Below are positions 53,148 through 61,036 of a stretch of DNA of 64,000 bases, in pieces; within the stretch, counting starts at the first letter, position 1, and each line of letters begins with the position of its first letter. The DNA is taken from assembly GCA_965223155.1 (NCBI GenBank), contig CBDCVR010000015.1, positions 1,245,892 through 1,309,891 of the forward strand. The letters run 5' to 3'. The position numbers and the translations under genes were made by a program. Source of the stretch: Candidatus Multivoradales bacterium. GTDB lineage: Bacteria > Acidobacteriota > Thermoanaerobaculia > Multivoradales > JAHEKO01. The notes beneath the pieces were generated by a model. It was not told the DNA's origin and did no database searches. It worked only from the letters and a program-made list of their open reading frames with translations.

Positions 53148-53873
53148 GTGGGAACGCCCTGGTTCGAACGGGAGCCTTATCTGGCCGAAGAGATTCGGGC
53201 GGACTTGCGCGAGCGCCAGCCGGAGCTGCATCTTGTACTCGGTCCCGACGGAATTGGCCTAATCCGTGGGACGTTTGTAGTGAGATCCCCGGCTGGGACG
53301 GTGCTTGAGCGCTTTCGGATCACAATCGAGTTACCTGCCCGCTACCCAAGAGATCTGCCAATTGTCCGGGAGGTGGGCGGCCGTATTCCGTGGCGCCAGG
53401 AGTTTCATGTTGAGAGCGATGGGATCGCTTGCGTTCTCCTTCCAGATGAGCGGTGGAGATGCTTCCCCGAAGACGCTCCCATTCGACACTTCTTGGACGG
53501 GCCGTTGCACGACTTCTTTCTTGGCCAGAGCTTGATAGCTCTCGGCGAGGACTGGCCATTCGGCGAGTGGGCTCATGGCGCCCAGGGCATTATCGACTAC
53601 TACAAGGAACTGCTTGAAACAGACGATCCCGTTGAGATCGCCCGTTTTCTTCGAGTTGCTGCGAAGTTGAACCCGAAGTTTCACCTTCCATGCCCTTGTG
53701 GAAGTAGGAAGAAGATCAGGAAGTGCTGCAGATTAAAGGCGATGAGGCTCCGGAAGCTTGTTCCGCCGGCGATCGCCCGCAGATCGCTTGAGCGACTCGG
53801 CCTTCGCGGAGTCCCACAAACCAATGTCGACAGTAGCCAACTGGGTGCCAATCAAACGCAGTCGCGGCGCTAA
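53148..53873 (+). CDS. Prokaryotic E2 ubiquitin-conjugating-like protein with SEC-C motif
   Basis: IELPARYPRDLPIVRE and FHVESDGIAC (E2 His/Cys); C-terminal PCPCGSRKKIRKCC. Confidence 0.82.
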   Translation: MGTPWFEREPYLAEEIRADLRERQPELHLVLGPDGIGLIRGTFVVRSPAGTVLERFRITIELPARYPRDLPIVREVGGRIPWRQEFHVESDGIACVLLPDERWRCFPEDAPIRHFLDGPLHDFFLGQSLIALGEDWPFGEWAHGAQGIIDYYKELLETDDPVEIARFLRVAAKLNPKFHLPCPCGSRKKIRKCCRLKAMRLRKLVPPAIARRSLERLGLRGVPQTNVDSSQLGANQTQSRR

Positions 53874-53915
53874 GCGTTGCGATACGATCGCGGGCACCAA
53901 CACCGAATAAGAACG

Positions 53916-54656
53916 ATGATGCAGCGTCTTCTCGTAAGTGTCCGCGGCCCGAACGAAGCAATTGCGGCTGCCGAAGGCGCCGCACACATTGCGGACGTCG
54001 AGTTTCCGGCATCTGCTTTGGGCACGCCGTACCCTTTGAACATCCGAGCCGTACGCTCGGCTCTGGATGAAAACGGCCTCAAGCACGTCCGTATCTCGAC
54101 GAACATCGGCGAAGAGCAACCGGTACGGAGTACGGCTTGCCAGGCTGCCCTTGGCGTGGCGGTCGCAGGGGCCGATTACGTCAAGTGCGGCCTGGCTGGG
54201 CTCCCTCTCTCGTCTGCTGTGTATCTCGGCCGGAATCTTGTGCGCACCGTTAGAGAGTGGTTCCCTGAGAAGAAGGTCTACCCCGCGGTATTCGCCGACG
54301 ATGATCTGACGAAGCTCTTCGACCCGTTGGTAGATGGTCCCAAACTTTGCCGGGAGATCAATTCCGACGGGCTCCTGATCGACACCTTCAACAAGGACCT
54401 GGGCAAGGGACTGTCCGGCTGCTACACATCTGATCAACTTCATGAGTTCGTCGAGAAGATTCACAGGCTTGGCAAGGAGGCGTGGCTCGCAGGCAGTATT
54501 CGAGAGAAGCAGCTTCCAGGTCTGTGGCAAACGGGGGTTGACGTGATTTGTGTTCGTGGCGCCGCATGCACGGTTGATCCCGACCAGCCACGCTTTGGGG
54601 ACGTCTCTACTGAGATCGTGACCGCGCTCGTTGGCACCCTGCCCGGAAGCACCTGA
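53916..54656 (+). CDS. MfnB-like ((5-formylfuran-3-yl)methyl phosphate synthase / DUF556) TIM-barrel protein
   Basis: LLVSVRGPNEA, GADYVKCGL, LIDTFNKD, LAGSI and DVICVRGAAC match the family pattern; DVKNP appears as DVEFP. Confidence 0.8.
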   Translation: MMQRLLVSVRGPNEAIAAAEGAAHIADVEFPASALGTPYPLNIRAVRSALDENGLKHVRISTNIGEEQPVRSTACQAALGVAVAGADYVKCGLAGLPLSSAVYLGRNLVRTVREWFPEKKVYPAVFADDDLTKLFDPLVDGPKLCREINSDGLLIDTFNKDLGKGLSGCYTSDQLHEFVEKIHRLGKEAWLAGSIREKQLPGLWQTGVDVICVRGAACTVDPDQPRFGDVSTEIVTALVGTLPGST

Positions 54657-54667
54657 TTGCCCAAGAG

Positions 54668-56230
54668 ATGGGTTGGAGCGGAAAGAAGGAATACAGAAAC
54701 ATCCGCGGGGAGCTGCGGGCCGTTGACCACGAAGACTTCCAGCAAAAGCTCCTTCCTCTGCTCAGGATTCTGAATCCACATGTAGTGTCGTCACCGGCTT
54801 CGCGACGATGGGATCGCGCAGGTGTAGACCTCTATGCAGAAGGGGAAGATGGTCGGCTCGCACTGGTCGTCCAAGCGAAAGGCTACCAGCCGCGTACTGC
54901 CTACCCGGCGTCACGCCAGGTTGAGAGTGCGCTGCACTCCATACGCTCGTTCGCCGAGTCTGGCCTCCGCGCCGCTCAGTACATCTTTGTACACAATCGA
55001 GATAATCGAGACAACGGATTTAGGACTGCGGTCACTGCCGCCCTAGGGGAACTGAACGCGACAGGTGTTGCTAGAGAGGCCGAGCTCTGGGGTGTCAATG
55101 AGTTGCTCACTGCCTGCTTTGACGCCATGCTGTTGCAGCTTCGCTCCGCCGTGATTGAGGAGAGCCAGAGGATTGCACGCTCTGCGGATTGGGTGCCCGC
55201 TGAAGGCCTCGAACCGTTGAATGTGGTTCCAGTGCGACGCGGCTCTATTGAAGCAGACCAACACCGGGTCTTGTCCTCCGAATCGGAGGACACGCGCATG
55301 CTAGACGCGGCCGAGCAGATACTAGCCGCATCCGAAGAAGGCCTGACGCTGGTTCTCGGAGAGTTCGGCTCTGGCAAGACAACTGCGGTGAGCAGGTCAC
55401 TAGGGCTCACCGAACGCGGTGTAATGCTAGTTCCTGCGGCCCGCTTTTCGTCGAACGTGACCGGGACGAAGCACTTCTTTCTTCTGTGTCTAGATGAAGA
55501 ACGGTTTTTTGATGTCAGCGACGAAGACGACGCTCGCTATCGTCGCCTGGTCGCAAGACCTGCAATTGAGAGAATCCTGCGTGACCCTGAAACCGATCTA
55601 GTCCTGATCCTCGACGGACTTGACGAATCCGGCTTTCTAAGCCGGGAGGGTTCACTTCAGCACCTCTTCAATATCCTGGAGGTAGCTTCTGTCCCTGTCA
55701 TCCTGGCGATGCGGACGGAATTCTGGTACCGACGACGGAGGGAGTTCGACGTTGCCTACGGGAAGATCGGGCACCCTGACTCCACAAGGCGGAGGCGGAT
55801 CTCGACACTCGAGTTGATGCCTTGGACCGACTTTGAAGTTCAGGCTCTAGTCCAGTCTGCCATCAATGCAAGCCCTACAGCGGAGAAGGCACATCTGAAA
55901 GAGCTAGCCTCTCTATTGGGCTCGGCTGAGTTCGAGCGACTGTACGGAGACATCCCGCGACGACCTCTTTTCCTTCGCTTTATTATCGACTCAGTTCGTG
56001 AGCAAGGCTTGCCTGGCGAGAAAGTAGGCGTAGCAAGTTTGATGATGGACTGGATCTCGTCGAAGCTCTGGAGAGACGCACTTGCGCCAGTCGCGGCAGG
56101 AGGCAGAGGCCGTGTATCCCTAGCGAAACGGAGGACCGCTGCCGAAGAACAGGTGGCAATCGCAATCCGGGCAATGACCCAAGCAGCTGCGTGTGAGCTA
56201 TGGTCGAAAGTTGTGTATGAGATGAGATGA
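54668..56230 (+). pseudogene. Restriction-endonuclease-like plus NACHT/STAND NTPase, C-terminally truncated by IS256
   Basis: N-terminal DRAGVD...VQAKG (PD-(D/E)xK/Mrr-like); Walker A GEFGSGKT, Walker B LILDGLDE, RPLFL; last codons derive from the IS end at 56195. Confidence 0.78.
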
Positions 56231-56680
56231 AGGCGGCGTATCCTGAATCGTTCGATTTCCAAGCGTTCGATTCAAACCCTTCAGAGAAGGAGGATACGCC
56301 GTGAGCAAGAGTAACGTAGTTTCGATTGATCGATCAGAGAGCCGCGAGGACGCCTTGACCGAAGTGCTTCGCCGAGGCTCTCGGCGCCTGCTTCGCGAAG
56401 CGATCGAAGCCGAGGTCGAGAGTTTCCTGGCCGAGTACCGCGGCGAGGTCACCGAGGACGGTCGTCGGCGTATGGTGCGCAATGGCTATCTGCGAGAGCG
56501 CGAGATCCAGACGGGGATCGGCGGTGTGGCTGTGAAGGTGCCTCGAGTCCGCGATCGTTCGGGCTCGCTTCAGTTTCGCTCGAAGATAGCGCCGCCGTAT
56601 CTCAGGCGAGCCAAGAGCGTCGAGGAGCTGCTGCCGTGGCTCTATCTGCGCGGCATCTCCACCGGAGATTTCTCCGATGC
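56195..56680 (+). mobile_element. Truncated IS256-family element (left end and 5' part of transposase from 56301)
   Basis: End GAGCTATGGTCGAAAGTTGTGT; ORF motifs AIEAEV, RNGY, VPRVRDR and LYLRGISTGDF, then an abrupt break. Confidence 0.88.
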
Positions 56681-56986
56681 CCCCCGGGGGAGGTGCCCCC
56701 GGGGGAGGTGCCGCACGATTCCGGGGCGGGTACATCACCTGCTGGGCGGAGGGGCGCAGGCCCGGTTAGCCTGGGTCTAGGTACTCAATCCGGCGCTTGT
56801 TTCTCGAGGGCCTTCTCGATTCGTCGACACCAGTCTTCCGAGTTACGGCTCGGAAGGTCGGCCTGATCTCGGATCCCGAGCTTGAATTCGACGACAGACT
56901 TCCATTCTTCCGAGCCGAGATCAGGTCCGTGGCCCATGCCATCTCCGGCCGCCGCAAGGGTGGCCGCAAGGGTGCCACTCGATTGC
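56681..56986 (+). repeat. Two direct copies of motif GGTGCC(A/G)C(A/T)CGATT, each preceded by a tandem duplication
   Basis: cccccgggggaggtg x2 then ccgcacgatt; gccgcaagggtg x2 then ccactcgatt. Confidence 0.75.
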
Positions 56987-57196
56987 AGGCGTAGCTCCGA
57001 CTTGAGTGAAGGCCTTGGGTTGTAGGCCGGTCGCGCCCTTGGAGTGAGGACTCGAAGGGGAGTTGTCTCGTCTCTCCCTCCCCATCCGCCGGCTTCCGGT
57101 ACAGTCACGCGGTGCGGTTGGAGGAGTTCCGTTGCGTGTTTCGGCGCGGGCGAGGGTGGCCTCAGGAGTCGCTTGCGCTCGAGCTGGGTCCCGCCA

Positions 57197-58234
57197 ATGG
57201 CTGAGCCGACGATGGCTGAACCGACGGTCGGCGCCGGAATTGCCAGGGCGCTGGTCGAGATGGCGGTGGCACGCGGCGCGGAGCGCAAGAGGCTCTTAGC
57301 ACACGCCGGGGTCGCGGCCTCGGATCTGGAGGATCAGGACGCCCGGCTGCCGCTGGTGCGGTACCTGGCCTTGCTCGAGACAGCGCGGGACCTATGCGCC
57401 GAGCCTGCCCTGGCCCTCGAGTTTGGAGCGACCGTGAGTCTGGCCGAGATGTCGATTGTGGCTCTGGTTTGTGAGACCTGCGCCAACGCAGGCCAGGCGC
57501 TCGATGAGCTCAACCGTTACTCGCGGCTGATGATCGATGACGGGGGCCGCGGGCCGGTGAACCGGCTCGAGATGCGCCGAGGCGACGACGGTACCTGGAT
57601 CGAGCTCACCTGCCACCCCTCGGTGGATCATCCTCTCCTGACCGAGACCAGCTTCGCCCGGATGGCGGGAGGGTTCGCCCGGGTCGTGGGCCGCCCGCTT
57701 GCCCGTGAGGTGCGAGTGACCCACGGCGATCCGGGATACGGGGACGCCTACGAGCGGATCTTTCAGGCCGCGGTTGTCTTTGGGAGCGACCGCAACGCAA
57801 TGCGGGTGGACGAGGATTTCTTGGCCTTCGATCTGCCTGGTTCGAACCGGTACGTTTTCGGCATCCTGAGCGATCGGGCGCAGGCACTGCTCGAAGAGCT
57901 CGAGAGCTTGCGCACGGTGCGCGGCCGGGTCGAGCGTTCGCTGATGCCAATTCTCCATACCGGCGAGTTGGGCATCGAAAGGATCGCCGAGCGCTTGGGC
58001 ATGAGCCGGCAGACGCTCTACCGTCGGCTGCGGGCCGAAGGTTTAACCTACAAGTCGGTGCTGGACGAACTCCGGCGGGAGATGGCGCTCCACTATCTCG
58101 ACGGTGGGAAGGTATCGGTCAACGAGGTCGCCTATCTCGTGGGCTACTCCGAGCCCAGTGCCTTCTCGCGCGCTTTCAGGCGGTGGACCGGGAGGGCCCC
58201 AAGCCGCGCGCCAGAAGCCAGAGACCGAAGGTGA
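57197..58234 (+). CDS. AraC family transcriptional regulator
   Basis: MSRQTLYRRL and EVAYLVGYSEPSAFSRAFRRWTG; 15-bp duplication at the start (MAEPT x2). Confidence 0.92.
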   Translation: MAEPTMAEPTVGAGIARALVEMAVARGAERKRLLAHAGVAASDLEDQDARLPLVRYLALLETARDLCAEPALALEFGATVSLAEMSIVALVCETCANAGQALDELNRYSRLMIDDGGRGPVNRLEMRRGDDGTWIELTCHPSVDHPLLTETSFARMAGGFARVVGRPLAREVRVTHGDPGYGDAYERIFQAAVVFGSDRNAMRVDEDFLAFDLPGSNRYVFGILSDRAQALLEELESLRTVRGRVERSLMPILHTGELGIERIAERLGMSRQTLYRRLRAEGLTYKSVLDELRREMALHYLDGGKVSVNEVAYLVGYSEPSAFSRAFRRWTGRAPSRAPEARDRR

Positions 58235-58973
58235 TTTCGGCGAGTCCCGAAATCGACATGAAGCCTAGATTCCAGTGCGTTGCGTCGGGCAGAAGCAGGA
58301 CCAGGATCATCGGCGCGAGGTAGCCGAAGCAGCCAACGATGAGGACCACTCCCAAGAACTTCGGAATCCGGTTCGAGGTGATAACGGCAAGGCCCAAGGG
58401 TACGAGCCACAAGCCGGTCCAGAGCGAGGCAACGGTCCAACCGCGAATGATGAAAGTTTGGAGAAGCGCCGCTATCGTTTCTCGGGCCGGTGACTCGAGA
58501 GCGGCGAGAACATTGTGCTCGCGCGCCAGAGCGAGGAGGGCGGCCTGAAAGACTGCGTTGGCGCAGATGACCGCAACCCCGGCCGCGGCGAAAAGCAGGA
58601 GTAGAGAGGCGGCGTGCCGGCTAGTCGGCCGGAAGACGCGGAAAAGCAGGTAGGCGACGACGAGCCACGCTGCGGCCAGGGTCAGCTCGGCGACGACGCC
58701 CAGTCCGAAGAGCGTCTTGGCCTCGGCTATGCGGGCGAGGCTCAAGGCGGCGTCGGTCCGGTCGATGAGCGAGCCCCGGACGAACAGGGTGAACGAGCCG
58801 CTGACGAAGAGAACTAGATATCCGAAGCCGGCCAGGCGGGCCAGAGTGGTGAGCCTGGGTGATCGGGCCAAGAGGGCCGTCTGATCGGTTGGGTCCAATT
58901 GGGTGGGCTTTGGTTGCTTGTCCGACTCAGCAGATTGGGCCTGTCCGAGGGATCGGGTCGGGTCGCTCCTCAT
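58176..58973 (-). CDS. DUF4386-type membrane protein
   Basis: ARLAGFGYL, WTGLWLVPLG, RIPKFLG and EITFGLWLL; start uncertain. Confidence 0.75.
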   Translation of the reverse strand: MRSDPTRSLGQAQSAESDKQPKPTQLDPTDQTALLARSPRLTTLARLAGFGYLVLFVSGSFTLFVRGSLIDRTDAALSLARIAEAKTLFGLGVVAELTLAAAWLVVAYLLFRVFRPTSRHAASLLLLFAAAGVAVICANAVFQAALLALAREHNVLAALESPARETIAALLQTFIIRGWTVASLWTGLWLVPLGLAVITSNRIPKFLGVVLIVGCFGYLAPMILVLLLPDATHWNLGFMSISGLAEITFGLWLLARGLGPSRSTA

Positions 58974-59383
58974 CGTGCGGTCTTGCCGAGCACGCAGCCG
59001 ACAACGGCGCCGGCGCTGCCGACCAGGAGCGCGGTTACGAAGGGGTCGAGAAGCGTCGATGTCAGGGTCCAGAGGTGGGTCGTTCCATACTGCGAGAGGT
59101 TGTACGAAGACGCCATCAGGAAGCCGAGGATCGCGCCGCCGGTCGCCCCCTCACTTGGAGTCGTCGCGCCGCGCCAGGCGAGAACCGTGGTCAGCAGCAT
59201 GCCGAAGGGCAAGTGCGCCAGGGCGACCCAGAGAAGCTCAGGCGGATCCTTCATCACTCCGGTTGCCGATCCCATGTGAGCGGCAAAGAACCCCCGCAAG
59301 AGGACGCCGTAGAGAAGCGCGCCGACGGCTGCAAGGGTTCCCATTCCAGCCAGTGTTGCGAGGGCGAATCGGAATCGCATCAT
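58970..59383 (-). CDS. Four-TM membrane protein (DUF1761-like)
   Basis: Four hydrophobic helices; ATGA overlap with the downstream gene. Confidence 0.65.
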   Translation of the reverse strand: MMRFRFALATLAGMGTLAAVGALLYGVLLRGFFAAHMGSATGVMKDPPELLWVALAHLPFGMLLTTVLAWRGATTPSEGATGGAILGFLMASSYNLSQYGTTHLWTLTSTLLDPFVTALLVGSAGAVVGCVLGKTAR

Positions 59384-59515
59384 CGTTTCCCCGGGCGGCC
59401 GTGCGAACCGGTCCGGTGCGTTGGCCGCGAGTCGTCAGCGTAGAGGGGAGCGGCGCCGCCACGAAGGACACTTGGCCCCAATCGCTTGACTTCGTGATCC
59501 AGAATGGAGCGGAGC

Positions 59516-59710
59516 CGATCAAGGAAGTGCGCTCAAGGAAGTGCCGATCAAGGAAGTGCAGCAAGGAAGTGCGATCAAGAAAGTGCCACCCAATTGCTCT
59601 AGAAAAGTGCAATCGCTGGACGGCCAGCATGTGAGCTTGTCGTGTGGCACCTCAGTGAGCAGAATCGTGTGGCACCTCAGTGAGGTGAGAGGTGAGGGCA
59701 CCTCAGTGAG
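59516..59710. repeat. Composite repeat: 5x caag(g/a)aagtgc, motif copy, inverted motif copies with 3x ggcacctcagtgag
   Basis: agtgccacccaattgc at 59582 (+) faces agaatcgtgtggcacc at 59661 (-). Confidence 0.85.
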
Positions 59711-59727
59711 GGGGCCCGTCCGCCCGA

Positions 59728-60702
59728 TCAGGCGCGCGGATCGGGACCGGGCTCGCGCAGGCTCGCGGCCAGGAAGGCCTTGAGGGTCTTGGCGTCCAAG
59801 TCGCGTACTACGCTCGGCGGCACGCCGAAGGTCCGCCGGAAGTCGTAGGTAAAGTGACTGTGGCTCGAATAGCCGAGGTCTAGAGCCAGGCTCAGGAAAT
59901 CGGGCTTCGACTCCAGAAGCGTCAGGAGCGCGTTGCGGAGCCTCAGGTGCCGGCGGGCATCCGACATCCGGTGGCCGGTCACGGCCCGAAACTCTCGGCA
60001 GAGGTGGTAGGCGGAGCAGCCGACCTCCTCAGCGAGTTGGGCAAGCGTCAGGTTTTTCCGGTAGGTCGAGGCGAGGAGCTCCTTGGCCTTCTCGGCCAGC
60101 TCGCGCGAGCGTTCGCCCACCGGCGGCCGCCGCTTGGCTTGGCGCTGGCGGTGGGCCAGGGCGCGGGCGATCGAGTTGCGGGCTAGCTGGATCGAGATCT
60201 CCTCGACCACGATCTCGTCGATCAAGACCTCTTCGCTGCTGGTAAGCGCCTCGACCAGGAGCCGATGCACCAGGTAGTCGCGGCTCGAACATGGCGCCCA
60301 GTGAAACGGGAACGGAGCATCACGGGTCACCGAGTGATCGCTCTCGGCAGTGCGGCTTTCGTGACTGACGATCTCGGCCAGGACCTCGCCCGGCAGGCTG
60401 AACCAGACCGAGTGATCGCCTTCGCCGTTGACGTCGGTTCGGAAGTAAATCTGGTCCGCGTTATAGAAGGTTACGACGTTCGGTCCGGCGACGAACGACG
60501 GCTGGCCCTCGAAGGTGATGGCGACCGTCGCCCGCGGAAAGACGAAGCACGGAACCCCGGGAAGGCCCGAGAAACGGAACCAGGCATCGTCCTTGTCCGC
60601 GCGAAAGCGGCCGATTCGAGCCAGCTTGGACTCGAAGATGAGCTGGCTTTTCCAGTCGCTGACGATGGACACGGGTCGGGGCTGCGAAGCTGTAAGAGTC
60701 AT
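59728..60702 (-). CDS. AraC family transcriptional regulator
   Basis: LAEEVGCSAYHLCREFRAVTG and ALDLGYSSHSHFTYDFRRTFG; start uncertain. Confidence 0.9.
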   Translation of the reverse strand: MTLTASQPRPVSIVSDWKSQLIFESKLARIGRFRADKDDAWFRFSGLPGVPCFVFPRATVAITFEGQPSFVAGPNVVTFYNADQIYFRTDVNGEGDHSVWFSLPGEVLAEIVSHESRTAESDHSVTRDAPFPFHWAPCSSRDYLVHRLLVEALTSSEEVLIDEIVVEEISIQLARNSIARALAHRQRQAKRRPPVGERSRELAEKAKELLASTYRKNLTLAQLAEEVGCSAYHLCREFRAVTGHRMSDARRHLRLRNALLTLLESKPDFLSLALDLGYSSHSHFTYDFRRTFGVPPSVVRDLDAKTLKAFLAASLREPGPDPRA

Positions 60703-60932
60703 GCCGTCACCAGTAGGGTCGTCGCCCGAAGGCGCCCTCAACAGGACTAACGGCGGAAGACGGTCGGAGGTTTCTGTCTCCGCACAAGTCATCATCGAAC
60801 TGGCGTCTCGCAGCAACTCCGTGACAGGAGGTTCAAGGGCCCGCGTCGGAGCCCTTCAATGCAATGAAAGTGGCTCGGAGGCGAGATCCTGCGACCGCCG
60901 CTTCTTCCGGTACCAGTTGGCTCTTTTCGAAC

Positions 60933-60948
60933 TGGCAGCCGGCTTGCT
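60933..60948 (+). promoter_or_regulatory. Possible sigma54 (-24/-12) promoter
   Basis: TGGCAGCCGGCTTGCT with exact GG-N10-GC spacing, about 90 nt upstream of the receptor ATG. Confidence 0.45.
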
Positions 60949-61036
60949 CCCTCTGCGGGTCCGAATGAACGGGACCGCCGTTCGCGCCTAGAAAGAGCTC
61001 GATGCGGAGTCCCAAGGACCACACCAAGGAGGTGCT

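Larger units (their letters stand above)
46992..56710. mobile_element. Integrative genomic (defence) island at tRNA-Glu; right end not identified
   Basis: Recombinase abutting the tRNA, visibly lower GC and different codon usage from about 48.7 to 56.3 kb, defence cargo, IS remnant. Confidence 0.8.

Noticed and set aside
53148-54656. Full type II CBASS (Cap2 E1-E2 plus Cap3 JAB)
   Set aside because: No ThiF/E1 nucleotide-binding motif or JAB HxH motif in the following genes.
53916-54656. Methanofuran/methylofuran biosynthesis locus
   Set aside because: No other C1-pathway genes in the window, and a catalytic Lys is substituted.
59516-59710. CRISPR array
   Set aside because: Repeat units are only 11-20 bp with 2-5 nt or irregular gaps, there are no unique 30-40 bp spacers, and no cas genes.
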